A stretch of DNA of 64,000 nt, from the NCBI RefSeq assembly GCF_009914755.1, contig NC_060930.1. One strand, given 5' to 3'. The DNA is from the human T2T-CHM13v2.0 reference genome, Homo sapiens. The notes beneath the pieces are model-generated. The model had not been told where the DNA came from. It saw only the letters and a list, made by a program, of their open reading frames with translations, and did no database searches. A program made the position numbers and the translations under genes. Shown in pieces: positions 1-13,277 of the stretch. Positions within the stretch are counted from its first letter, which is position 1. Each line of letters opens with the position of its first letter.

Positions 1-501
1 TTAAAATTGCATTCAAATGGAAAACATCCTTTCTTAAAATTTAATACTGTTTATATAGTTACACATCTTTCTATATTTATTATGTATTCATTACATGAAA
101 AATTACTGATACCTATGGAAGAATTTTATTCAGTCACATATGATACTGTCACTTAGGATATTTTTGTAAAGTCAAATCTAACTACCTATAGTCATAAAAC
201 TGTTCTAACTTAGTTCTATTTCTTGATCAGTTTTATAGAGTATACTCCCAGAGGCATCCCGGCTTCTTTTGAAGAAGTAAGCTTAAGGTACCCAGAAAGT
301 TAAGTAAATTTATTTCATAAAGCAAGTAGTTTAGATTTTTAGACTGGGTAGCTTTAAGTCATTTCATTCTTCTTGGTGGTGTTTACCATCAATTTGCAAT
401 GTATTTCTTGTTAAAGTTTCTATCTCTGAATTTATATGATTATTTTTACTTCTTAATTCTTAAGTGACAGATTTTAACATTAGCTTCTGTTTTCAATAGA
501 T

Positions 502-601
502 ATGATACATCTTTTAATAAACAATCTAAAGTAATTATTAAATCAGTACATGATACATCTTTTAATAAGCATAACCTTCTAAAGTAATTATATAATCAGT
601 A
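502..601. repeat. Degenerate ~50-bp tandem duplication
   Basis: atgatacatcttttaataa...tctaaagtaatta...aatcagta occurs at 502-548 and 550-601. Confidence 0.85.
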
Positions 602-1212
602 TAAATATCTTTCATTATTTTCATAAAGATCATAGAGCATAGTGACTCAGAAGTGGCTTGCTTTTATATTAGGCCAAAAAATAGAATACTCAAAGCACAG
701 TAATAATTAGTAACTGAACCATGGAACTGAGGTTTGACAATACGTTTCTCCGTATCTCTAAGCAGGCTTTACATGTGTCTTCTCGTTTGTCCTCCCTTCC
801 CCCTCATTATCTTTCCTCTCTTCTTCTTTCTCTTTCCTTCCCTCCTTGCTTTCTAAGTTTACTTAGTTGTTAATGTTCCCTAAGAGCTTAAATCCTTTAA
901 TCCAAAATGTTGGTATTAATGTGCACTAAGAAAATCAGTATTTTGGGTAGCAGTTTAAATTGCTTCTCAAAATCCTTTTATTGGTACCTAACTACAATAG
1001 AGTATGATAAGTGCTTTAATAATTAACTATTATAAAGTATGCTAAATGCTTTTATAAAAATATATTCAAAGTGCCAGAGGGGAAAGATCTTCTGTTGAAG
1101 AGGGAGCAGAAGAGAATGCTTCATATAAGAAGTGACATTTTAATTGGGTTTGAAAGTTGAGTAGGAGTTTCCCCTGTGCCTGATGTAAGGCAGATTAGGC
1201 AAAAGGAGCAGC

Positions 1213-1350
1213 ATTCATTCAACATCAACAAATAATAATTGCGTGATGATTGTATTCCATTTACTGTTCAAGACATTGGGAATATAATGATGACTAAAAC
1301 TAGTGAGACTTCTACCTTCATGGAGCTGATATTCCAGTGGGGAGACAGAC
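1213..1350 (-). mobile_element. L2 LINE 3' fragment, interrupted by the THE1 LTR
   Basis: cattcattcaac... and catggagctgatattccagtggggagacagac are typical antisense L2 3'-end motifs. Confidence 0.65.
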
Positions 1351-1718
1351 TGTATTAGTCTGTTTTCATGTTGCTGATAAAGACATGCCCAAGACTTGGT
1401 ACTTTATAAAGAAAAAAAGGTTTAATGGACTCACAGTTCCATGTGGCATAGGAGGCCTCACAATCATGGTGGAAGGTGAGAGGCATGTCTTACATAGCAG
1501 CAGACAAGAGAGACAATGAGATCCAAGTGAAAGGGGTTTCCCCTACAAAACCATCATCAGATCTTGTGAGACTTACTCACTACCACGCGAACAGTATGGG
1601 GGAAACCGCCCACATGATTCAATTATCTCCCACCAGGTCCCTCCCATGACACGTGGGAATTATGGGAGCTACAGTTCAAGATGAGATTTGGGTCAGGATA
1701 GAGCCAAACCATATATCG
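1351..1718 (-). mobile_element. THE1-family MaLR solo LTR
   Basis: Runs tgtattagtc...gagatttggg...gccaaaccatatatc, the reverse complement of THE1; 5-bp TSD cagac/cagat. Confidence 0.9.
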
Positions 1719-3189
1719 CAGATAAACAAGTAAGTGTAGTGAAATAAAACTATGGCAGGATAAGAGAGAAGAATGAGACTTGTGGAGGTGACTCTATTAA
1801 TTTAAATAAGGTTGTTTGGTGTGTTTTGAGAAACCCTAGTCCTGAGAGATCTATGAGAAATGGATTCTGGGGACAAATTAGTTTGAGAAACGTTACCCTA
1901 TTAAGTTCTGCCATAAAGAAACTTATGTAATTGTGGATTAAAGCCAGTTAAACAAGTTATTAGACAAGAAAACCCCCGATCATCACTAGGATTTTGTGAG
2001 CTAAAGTTCCAAAGAGCACATTGCAGGAGAAGCTGGACCAGAGTATGAGGATCCAGTGGCCAGGTAGGACAGGGTAGGAGCCTTTGAATCATGATGAAAA
2101 GTTTGTGCCCCAGCCATGCCAGGATTAGATTTGGCTTTTAGAAAAGGTACTCTTGTGGCAATGTGGCAGCTATCTTGAGTGAAGAAAGTATAAATCAAGA
2201 AGCTTTCCAATAAAAAAGAGAATGATGAAGGCTTCAAAAATGGAGAGAAAAGGGTAGATTTTAATGACATTTGGAGGTAGAATTGACTTAGATAACTTTG
2301 TTTATAGATAATAAAGAGTCAGAAAAATTCTTGACATATAATGTTTTAAAGAAATGAAAGTACATCTTCAAGAGAGGGAAACTTGGCCCTGATCTGCCAG
2401 TCAGTGTAGGTCACAGCAAGTCAGCAGCAGGCTAAGCTGTGCTGAGTGTGTGAGAAATGGGAGCAAAGTCATATGTTCAAAAATGTGCAAGACTTGGCAT
2501 CTCCACCACAGTTTTCTTTCACCTTTGAAATATGGGAAGGTTAGAAATGGAGTGGAAAAATATCAGCCCAGTCTAGTTTTGAAAGATTGAGTTTTTTTAG
2601 GAAGAAGCAAGCTTGTTATCATTTTTAAATAAGACAAAACATGACCTTGAATTAGATTAGCCACATATCTAATTGGTGAGTACAGCATACCTAGCTGTAC
2701 AGCGCTCTGCTCACCAAAGCCAAAGATGGGCAGGTGGCTGAATTCTGCTGCCAGGTAATCATCTGAACCTCGCTGGCAGGCATTGAAGCAAAAGAGAGAG
2801 AGGAATTTGCAGCTGGCTGGAAATATTAAGAGTATTAGCAAGAGGGAGGAAGTGTGGCTCAAAGTTATAAAATGTTGTGTGTGTATAAAAAGAAGAGAGT
2901 TCTATTTTTGTATATGTATGTGTTATAAATAGACATACCTATAGCATTTCCCACCAGTGTTCTGTATCATCTATGTTCCATCACTGATTAAATCAGAAAA
3001 ATATCACCTTATTTGCTTTTTGCTCCTCAACCGCAAAGAAGTCTTTGGTGAGGTGCTTTACTAGAATTGTCTTACAGAAAAAATATCAGTAATTCATCTT
3101 GAGGATGAAATAGTAGATGAAGTATAATTAATGCTTCTAGCAAACTTAGCAAATACAAATATGAACTTTTTGTGAAGATGAAAACTGCA

Positions 3190-3488
3190 TTTTTTTTTTT
3201 TTTTTAAGACAGGGTCTCATTCTGTCACCCAGACTGGAGTGCAGTGGCATGGTCAGGACTCACTGCAGCCTTGACCTCCCCGACTCAAGAGAACCTCCCA
3301 CCTCAGTCCCCCAAGTAGCTGGGACTACAGGCATGTGCCACCATGCCTGGCTAATTTTTTGTATTTTTATTAGAGACAGGGTTTCTCCGTGTTGCCTAGG
3401 CTGGTCTTTAACTCCTGAACTTAAGCAATCCACCTGCCCTGGCCTCCCAAAGTGCTGGGATTACAGGTGTGAGCCACCACACCCAGCC
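3190..3488 (-). mobile_element. Alu (AluJ-like)
   Basis: poly-T, then agacagggtctc... through gagccaccacacccagcc. Confidence 0.95.
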
Positions 3489-3561
3489 TATTTTTAAAAA
3501 CTGTAATATTCTTACTGGTGGACTTTATTCAACTGATAGAGAATCGTTAAAAATAAAGAGA

Positions 3562-3854
3562 GGCCAGGCATGGTGGCTCACACCTCTAATCCTAGCACTT
3601 TTGGAGACCAAGGCTGGTGGGTTGCTTGAGGCCAGGAGTTTAAGAACAGTCTGGCCAACATGGCAAAACCCCATCTCTATTAAAAATTCAAAAATTAGCT
3701 GGGTGTTATGGTGCGCATCTGTAATCCTGGCTACTTGAGAGCTGAGGCAGGAGAATCACTTGAACCTGGGAGGTGGAGGTTGTAGTGAGCCGAGATTGTG
3801 CCACTGCCCTCCAGACTGGGTGACAGAGTGAGACTGTCTCAAAAAAAAAAAAAA
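3562..3854 (+). mobile_element. Alu (AluS/J-like)
   Basis: ggccaggcatggtggctcac...gtgagactgtctc followed by poly-A. Confidence 0.95.
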
Positions 3855-3908
3855 GTTTAAAAATATATAGAGTTTAAAAATACGAATTACCAAAATATTG
3901 TAGTTTGA

Positions 3909-4232
<324 letters not shown>

Positions 4233-5032
4233 ACTACTCACTTTTTCTTAGCCTTTTGATTACTGATGAACTAGATTAGAACAGTAAGTGGATTGTTACA
4301 CTTGACATTTTGTACTTTATCTGGAAATACTGGCATTAAAAACTAAGTCATACTGCCATCTGTATAATATTCTTAGATCTTTATATGAGTTTTTTCTTCA
4401 AATAAAAATTGTGTTTTTAAATGTCTTTGATATGATTGTTCAAAATGTTTGATATTTTTCTAAAACAGATTTAGGAAACTTCTGGCCCCAGCATCAGAAT
4501 GGACCCTTGATTTGGTTTCCTCTGACCTTTGGAAAACTGTTCTTTGTTATTATTGCAATATGCAAGAGGACCTCATAAGGTGCTCTGGTTCTTTCAGAAT
4601 GGAACATGAAAACTGGAGAGTTAGTGTCAGTGCTCATTGAAACATCTTTTGTGAGCTATGGGTTAGACTTTGATGCTTACAAGCCACATAAATGGCAAGC
4701 CATGGACTCATTTACTTATCCCATTTCTCTGGATTTCCACATTTTTCTTCCTATTCTTGTTTTTTGTCTCTTCATTATATTTCTTCCTCTTGATGGGTTT
4801 CCACCTCTATGTAGTATGTGTTTTCCTGACCTATTCTATTTCTGACCCTCACTCTGCGCAGTCCTGGCCTGCCATCTTGGGAAGCTATCTTTTTAGGAGC
4901 CAAGACCAGCTTGTGAGGATGGAGGTCTGGGCTTTCAGAAGCTATGTTGCAGAAACAAACACAGGCAAAAAGTACTCTTGCCTAACAACATCTTCATTAC
5001 TTTGTGGAGTATTTCAGTTTTTTCTTAATACG

Positions 5033-5402
5033 TTTTTTAAAATTTTTATTTTAGATTCAGGGGGGCACATGTGCAGGTTTATTATATGGGTATATTGCAT
5101 GATGCTGAGGCTTGGGCTTCTAATGATCCCATTGCCCAAGTAGTGAACATAGTACCTGATAGGTAATTTTTCAAGTCTTGTCTCCTTCCCCCCAGTTTTA
5201 GAATCCCCAGTGTTTATTGTTGTCTTTTTTGTGACCATGTATAACCAATGTTTAGCTCCCACTTTAAGTGAGAACATGAGGTATTTGATTAATTTTTTCT
5301 GCATTAATTTGCTTAGGATAATGGCCTTCAGCTGCATCTGTGTTGCCATAAAGGACATGATTTTGTTCTTTTTTTGTGGCTGCATAGTACTCCATGGTGT
5401 AT
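5033..5402 (-). mobile_element. L1 3'-end fragment (older L1PA/L1PB type)
   Basis: ttagattcagggggcacatgtgcaggttt...gtgagaacatgaggtattt...tactccatggtgt is an antisense L1 3' end. Confidence 0.85.
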
Positions 5403-8400
5403 AAGTATCTTGTGGAAATTTGACCCTAAATTCTGTTTCACACAGTGTACCTTAGGCATCTGTTCTTGGATTTTGGTGTTCGCCAGGTTTGTAATTTTGA
5501 TCCTATATCATAAGCTGAATTTTAGTGTCTTGGTCATACCTTAATGCTTCATTTCCTTCACCTGATTTTTAGTTTGTATTTCCTGCCTTGGAGTCATCCA
5601 ACCCCCTCAGCAAGTTGTATTAGTATCAACATCAAAATAGAGTTACCTGCAGAATATCTTAATACAGTGCTTAGTGGTGATGTTCATATTGGAAAAATTT
5701 AACAAAACGAAGTGCAGAAGAAGTTTCAGGTTGCAGTCCATATACAAATTCTAGAACATCAGAATCACTTGGGAAGATTTTGACGTCAGCAAAGTATGCA
5801 TCTAAGAAGTCCTAACTCTAAGAGACATGAGGTATCATACTCCTGTTTCTACATAGAAAATATCTGTTTGTTAATCATATTGTTTAGTGGCTACTACGTG
5901 ATATTTTGGGTATTTTACATTTATTTTATATGATAGGTTTGTTTTTCATATTGGCATTTTCCCGAGTTTTAGAACTAGTTATTTAGGAAATCAGTTGGCA
6001 GGGGAAGGGGTTGAGTGGTAGCTCATGCATTATTTTAAGACATTGGAGGACAGGTTCCTCTTGAGTATTTTCATGCAGAACATCTGATTTTAGAAATATT
6101 TTATAGCCATTAAGTGGGAAATGCTCCTGTTTCCAAATCTGACCACTTACCATCGCCACTAATATTGCCACCCTGGTCCATGGATCTACCATCTATTCCC
6201 TGAATTCCTGTAATGAGCTCCCTGTTTCTACCTCTGTCCTTTCCAATCTGTTCCCAGCACAGCAGGCAAAAATGAACCCTCTGTAAATGTCAGTTCACTT
6301 TAGTCCTGCACATAGAATATTGTATTAGCTCCCCATTTTACTCAGAGAAAAAGTCAAACTTCATTCCTTGGTCCATCTTTTCTTTTCCTATATCTCTGTA
6401 TTATAGATCATAATCTGAAATGAAACTATATATTCATTAGTTGGATTTTTTGGAGTAATGTTTTATGTTTTCTACCTTAATTTTAAAAGCATGTAAGTTA
6501 TCTTCCTTTAAAAGAAAGATTATTAATTTGTATGTGATTTTTAAAATTCTTTCTGCGGTTAATGGCCCTCACCCTCAGGAGACAGATACTCCAATTTTAA
6601 TATATTTCCTCATTTCTGAAGTGAAGATAAAAGTATCTACCAATAATACTTGTTTACCTCAAAAACCTCTATTGCCTTTTTTTCTCATCACACCTTTACT
6701 TATTTATAGAAACCTTCATCTATCTCAAATATGCTGGGACATGATTAAAGTTCTTTAAGCTATCCTGATCATAGTTGAATGACTTGTTTATAGATTTGCA
6801 GCAGATTTTAAATAAAAATTCATCCTAATAGAATAAAACAAAAATAAAAGTAAATTATTTTTGTTAAGGAAGAGCCCTCTCTGCGAGTGGGGTCTGGTCA
6901 GGGGAAGATTGTAGTGTGATTAATTTAAATTTAATTTTTTTATGGACCCTAAAAATTGAACCTAAAATTTGCAATACATCTGTTTTTCTCACATTCTGTG
7001 GCTTTTATGTCAGTTTTCTTTAGTAAGTTTTTTACACATGTGGATTACCCAACTAAAATTTTTATTAATATGATTTATTATTTCTTCATAGCATGTTTCC
7101 CAAACATATACATACTAGATTGTATGTATGTATGTATATCATGTTACATATTTACTTTTTATATGGTTGAGCTTTTTTATTTCTGTGAATCCATTTCTTC
7201 TTCAGGTAATTTATGGGATCATCTAAAGCTTAAATTTATGTTTGAAGTCTTCACTTCTCCAAAATTCTAATTCAGATATTAATATATTATTATAGATGTT
7301 TGTCAGTAATTATTTGCAAGTTTATCTCATCACAATTTGAAAATATGTATGAAGAGCATCAGACAACATGAACTCAGTGTTAGCGTTACTTGGAAAACTT
7401 GCAAAATAAATTTAAAAATGAAAAAATCTCATTTTAAGTTGATTTTTTATATTTTGCTCTAATAATTCAAGAGAAGTAGACAGGCCAGATAGGCAGACTG
7501 GCAGAAATCTGGCCTCTGTGGTTGGCTGGCATTTATACAGGTCTTTCATATATGATTTAATAAAAGGTGACACGAAATTCAGAAATGTAATCTATAAGAC
7601 AATCAGAAAAGCAATTTTTGAAGCACATTCTTGTCAGTATTGTATAATGCCTGTTCTGTAACTGTAATTTTTTTGTGTGTATCTGTCAAATGACATTAAG
7701 CTATATTCAATAATGAGGATAGCAAGAATTTGAGACCCCATGTTCATTTCTTTTTGTGACAGGAAGATCAGCCTTTTAAAACATAAAAAAGGAATAGAAA
7801 TTAACATTTCTCCAGAATTATGTTTCCATTCATTTGAGGTTATCTCTTAATTCCAGCATTTTACTGCATTTGATAAATAGGCCAAATATGTGTTTTATTT
7901 ATTTGAGGGCTTGGGGGAGGCAATGAAACTTTACAAATTTCAACTGGCATTGCAGTCTGCTGATAAGGATGGGAGTTTGCACCGCTCTGAAGAGATTACA
8001 TGAAGTAGAGTTGGAAAGCAAATTGTATTTACAAAAGATAGGATGATGTTCCTAATAGGTGTTCAGAATAGGCTATTCACTCTCATATTCTGCTGAGCTT
8101 TGCTAGAAATAACTTCATTTCAAAAAGGACAAATCTGACTGAAGGTAAAAGCATTCCCTCTTCACAGATACTTGTCCAAAAGGGTTTACATTAAATTTTC
8201 CTGATGGGCACACAGCAGTATTTTATGCTGTATCTGTATAAACCATTAACGTGGAAAATAAATATCTAAACAGTATACTTGATTGCTTCATGCACCAACC
8301 ATTAGATTACTAGATTTCTATCTACAGTTTTTGGAGAGATGTTGCAATATGATGTTCTGACAATAACTGTCAAAGTCATCATACCAGGATCCATTTTCAT

Positions 8401-8675
8401 CTTGCTGTTGAGGTAAAGTTACAAAAATGTACAGTTGGTAGGTCAGAAAGATCACTATCTCTTGTCATCTGTGGTTTAATGCTGACCTAAACCACTACTG
8501 TATAATGTCAGAATTATCACAGTGTCCAGGCTGCAGAAGTACAACATGCTACATGATTTATTGCATTTCCTGTCTGGAATGAAGATTATGAAAAGGCCAA
8601 CAGCTGTGAGCTACAGTGGTTTAGAAGAAAACTTAATTTCTAATTTTTATTTGTCTTTTTCCTCATTCATTTTAG

Positions 8676-8744
8676 ATTTTGGATTTAGTAAAGGGGACAC
8701 ATTACCAGGTAGCCTGTCAAAAATACTTTGAGATGATACACAAT
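8676..8744 (+). CDS. PRIM2: PRIM2 penultimate coding exon (69 nt, phase 0-0), [23 protein letters not shown], containing the 4Fe-4S ligand Cys424
   Basis: Pyrimidine tract and tttag acceptor end at 8675; gtaagt donor starts at 8745. Translation matches recalled human p58 residues 411-433 and joins in frame to the exon at 22181. Confidence 0.95.
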
Positions 8745-8791
8745 GTAAGTATTTTTTTAACTTTATATCCTAATTATTTGTCTTTTGTTAC

Positions 8792-8900
8792 TGTGTCACA
8801 TTCAGGGTTTTTAGTTGCAGCAATGGAAACCACTCTAGCTATTTTCAGCAGAAAAGGGGATTGCATGGTATTAAGTAACTTACAGCATTTATTGAACGAC
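8792..8900 (-). mobile_element. Probable old MLT1-type MaLR LTR fragment
   Basis: cagggtttttagttgcagcaatggaaaccactctagct...agcagaaaagg resembles the terminus of ancient MLT1 LTRs; boundaries uncertain. Confidence 0.45.
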
Positions 8901-9017
8901 CAGACAACTAAGCTTGGATGCTGCAGAACCAGGAATATTTTGTAACTAGGAGAAGCTACCTCATGAGAAAATCTTTACTACAGCTGTCACCCACCACTCC
9001 ATATCTAGGGATGAGCC

Positions 9018-9243
9018 CAAGGGTCAATAAAGTTTTTCTGTAAAGAGCCAGAGTGTAAAAATTGTAGGCTTCATGGTCCATATGGTCTGCGTCACAGCTA
9101 CTCAACTCTACTGTTGTAGTGCAAAAGCAGCTGTAGAAAATATGCAAATGAACAGGTATGACTGTTGATCCAATAGAACTCTATTGATAAAATTAGGTAG
9201 TAGACCCAGTTTGACCCACAGGCCTTGATTTGCCAACCTCTAG
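9018..9243. mobile_element. MER58A-like hAT-Charlie MITE
   Basis: tttttctgtaaagagccag...acagctactcaactct...gcaaaagcagc...tttgccaacct. Confidence 0.8.
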
Positions 9244-10146
9244 ACTAGATCTGGAATCTTTGCCACAGCTGCCTAGAAGAACCAAGGCTTTTGCCATCTT
9301 CCATGCAGAAAATCTGATCCTTGTACTTGTGGCTGCCACCTGATGTTACTGTAATCCACTTCCCAAGTCTCATACTTATCTGCATGGCAAAACCTAGATT
9401 GCATGTGGACCCCTAACTATACACGAGTCAGGGAAATGTGTTTGGTTTTTATCTTGCCAGCTTCCTTAGTACAAAAAAGCCTGCTTGATTATTAGAGTAA
9501 GAGTGGGATGACCCAGTCTGGCACAGAATAGATTTTGAAGTGTGTAAAGCCAATGTCACAAACTCAGAGGCCTACAGAGATTGGGCATATAGCCCAAAAA
9601 AGTGAAGCTGCCTGAGATTAGTACCACAGAGTATAGCAGAATTATGGTGCACTAAACATGTTTGCCCTATTAGAGGCATTCACATTGACAAATTGTGAGG
9701 CCCTCTGCAGGCCAACAAAACACATCTCCAAGTCCAATTCAGTCCTCTGGCCCTAGTTTGCATCCACTGATCCTGAGCCTGGATTTCTAACCTGGGAAAG
9801 ACATCCAAGAACGGACTTTGGAGATCCTTGTACTTCTTGAAACATTTTGTCTCTAAGTACATATGTGTATTTTTCCATAGTCCATGTTATTTATTAAAGA
9901 TCCATGACCCTCCCAAAAAGGAAGTTGCGTTTGTTGAAATCATCATCAGCTACCATGCTAAAGTTTTACAATTATTTTTATGTTTTTTATTTGGTTGTTA
10001 CAAAGTAGTTTTTCTATTATGGTTATATAATTGCAGAATTTCTAACTTGATAAAATATCTCATAGGAAAAAGATATTTTATAATATTACCAATAATAATT
10101 AAAATAATAATAGTAATACCAGCCAATATCTATGGAACCCTTAATG

Positions 10147-10474
10147 CAGCGGTCCCCAACCTTTTTGGCACCAGGGACCAGTTTCATGGAAGACAATTTT
10201 TCCATGGTTAAACAGGGGCTGGTGGGAGGGCACATTAGATAATCACGAGAAACACGCAACCTAGATCCCTTGCATGCGGGGTTCACAATAGGGTTCACAC
10301 CCGCATGAGAATCTAAGGCCACTGCTGATCTGACAGGAGGTGGAACTCAGGCAGTGATGCAAGTGATGGGGAGTGGCTGTAAATACAGATGAAGCTCCAC
10401 TCACTCACCCACTGCTCACCTCCTGCTGTGAGGCCCAATTCCTAACGGGCCGCGGACTGGGTTGGGAACCCCTG
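10147..10474. mobile_element. MER1-type hAT-Charlie MITE
   Basis: TIRs cagcggtccccaacc / ggttgggaacccctg; perfect 8-bp TSD ccttaatg at 10139-10146 and 10475-10482. Confidence 0.9.
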
Positions 10475-13277
10475 CCTTAATGTATACCAGGCACAGCACT
10501 AAAATTTTTGAATGCATTAGCTCTTTTGATTGACATGACAGCAAGATACTATATGTATATTTCCCTGTCTGTGAATAAAACTTAGAGAAGTTAAACAATC
10601 TGTGTGGGGTCACACTACTTATAGGGGATAGAACTTAGATTTAAATTCAAGCTGTCTAACTCATCTAAAGCTTGTTAGCATAACTATGACTGTACTGTTC
10701 TATGATATTTGGTACTAAATTTGTGATAATGACAGCAGAGGTAATTGGCATTTTCCTGTTTATCTTCATAGCATGGTAAACAGGTAGGGACTCTAACTTG
10801 CCTTACATGCTGTAATTGATTAATGGAAGATCTGGAGCTAGAGCCCCAGTCTGTTGTGGGTCCTGTCCTCACTCTTCTATACCTAACTTTTGAAAGTATT
10901 ATTCTTATTTAAAAGCTTTTTTTAAAACAAAACTCAAGGAGTAAACATCAAGAAAATAGCAACAACAAAATCTCATTAGTTTTATCACACTAGGAATCTC
11001 GCCAGATAAGCCATGTTTGGCAACACCAGGTTTATATGAGTCACTCTCTCGGAGACTGCATTCTTTAATTTGGTTGCTCCGCTTGAGAGTTTTAATTTCC
11101 TATTGTTCTTTAATCATTTGTGGATGCTTTTAATTAAGAGGCCTCAGAATTTTCACAAGTGAAGTCTATTATCCAACCTCTTTTTATAAAAATAAGATAT
11201 GAAAATTAGATTTAAACATTGAGTTTGTGGCATAATCACCAAAAAGTAAGGAGTGGTTTTTATTTCTCAAATCTGCTTTTGTAATATCTCTCCTATTGAT
11301 TATTCCCTCAAGTATTGCCACTATTGCCAATTTTTAAAACTTGTTTTAGATTAATGAAGATTTTGGAAAGACATATATCTAAATCCCCTCACATATAAAA
11401 ATAGTCAACTTAAACCACACTTAAATCAACAAAATAAAAAGGCTGTTTGTATTCACTAGATCTCTCACTGTGGACTTTTAGATGTGAATATCCTCCTTCA
11501 TTTATATTTTTTCTAATTTAATTTAAAAATAGAATCTATTTTTATTGTCAGGTTTCTGCCATCCTACCCCTCCCCCAAATAAAATCCTATGTTTATTTTC
11601 CCGAGGCCTCTGTGATCAAACTTACTTAAATGGAAGTTTTGAAAATAAACCAGTTAATTGATACCATTTGCAGCAGCACTATGATAGTTCCATATGGCTT
11701 TTTTGGTAATACCAGCTGCCTCATTATAAGCTGTCATTGCAAAACCTCTTGATTAAAACCCAAATATCCCATAGGTAAAACAATATTGCTTTCATTCCTT
11801 CAAAATCTACATTTGCAGTGGCAGAAATATGAGACCCATGTTTGTGTGAAGGTCATTGTGTGCAGAATGTGCTGATTCCAAGCAAATGTTTGAGAGAGAT
11901 TTATTTAGTAGATGTTAAAAGCTGGCCTGCTTGAAACCTGTTTTCCTCTGTATTTTTAGGGTCAATGTTTAAAATAATTTTATACTAATAGTATAGTCTT
12001 TACTTTCTGCATGTTCCATGTATAAATGAAAACACTAGGTCATGTGTAGATTAACCACAGAATTTTAATAGAAAATAATGTTTTCAGAGGTAGACCTCTT
12101 TGGACACTGAGTAACTGTGGGTACTTATTTTCCAAATGGCTGAGCATAATTTTTCCCCACCATATAAATCTCTAGAGAAATCTTATTAAAACCTATCACA
12201 CATTTTCCTGAAATCTTAAACAGGATATATGTGATACAATTAAGCCCTTTTATAATAACTCAGGGTCATCATTATGGATATCAGTTAGAATGCTGGACTA
12301 GAAGCCACCATCATCTCACTTGGATCACTGCAATAGCTTCCTAACTCGTTTCCCAGCATCTACACATGCCCCATTCCAATTCTTTCTCCTCCACACAGCT
12401 GCTGGAGTGACCTTTAAAACAGAGAAATCTGATCATTTCAGGAACCTGCTTTTTAAAAACTTCAATGGCTTCCTATTTCTCTTAAGATGAAATCTAAAAT
12501 GTATAATGTATCCTCTAAAGGCCTCCACTCCACCCACCTTCCTCTAGACTCCTAAATTTGTTTCAGATCCTTTACAGGACTTTGGACCTGAAACAGTAGG
12601 ACCAAGCTAGTGTGGTAGAATGCAAATGCTTCACAGAATTTTCCCATCTCAATACATAAAATAATGCACAAAACACAATTTTTTTTAAATCATCAACCAC
12701 AAAGAAAAACATCAGCAATAGTAACCAAAAAAGAAAACAGGCAAGGAAAGAAACAAAAGAGTCACAGTAGACAAAGTCATGAAAATGCTCACTTAATATT
12801 TCCAAACAGAGTAAAGGAAATAGCTGCTGACTTGAGAAGAAATAAGTGAAATGGAGGATTTAGATGTAGATACCTCTATTTCTCTATTCCTTTTCCTAAT
12901 TTAATTTTAAAGTGAAGATTTCCATTCTGTTTAGTTTATACTCTTCCCCTTCCCCCCACATACAAAAAAACCCCCTAAGTTTATTTTCCTAAACAAGACA
13001 AAAGGAAACAGCCATATGCACTTCCTTTAAAAATGAAAGTGAAAGAAACAGAACACAAAGAACTCATCCTGGAAGAAAATAGAATTCTATAAAAAGGAAA
13101 CTTCATCATTTCATTTTGCTATCAAGCAACTTAGTAGATCACAAAGAGCTTCACAAAATGAGTTAAGGACAATTGCAGATCAAGAAAAAGGAGAAACAGC
13201 ATCACAGAGCCATGGCACAAATCCTCACTTCAAGGCCCTTGGCACTGTTTTAGTGGTTAATAAAAAAAGATTAATTA

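Noticed and set aside
3249-3738. ORFs overlapping Alus (also 22463, 44973, 46401, 52354)
   Set aside because: Typical Alu translation products with no splice or coding support.
12600-13250. A-rich stretch that might be a processed pseudogene or exon
   Set aside because: No sustained ORF or recognisable protein; more likely a decayed ancient LINE fragment, which I cannot assign.
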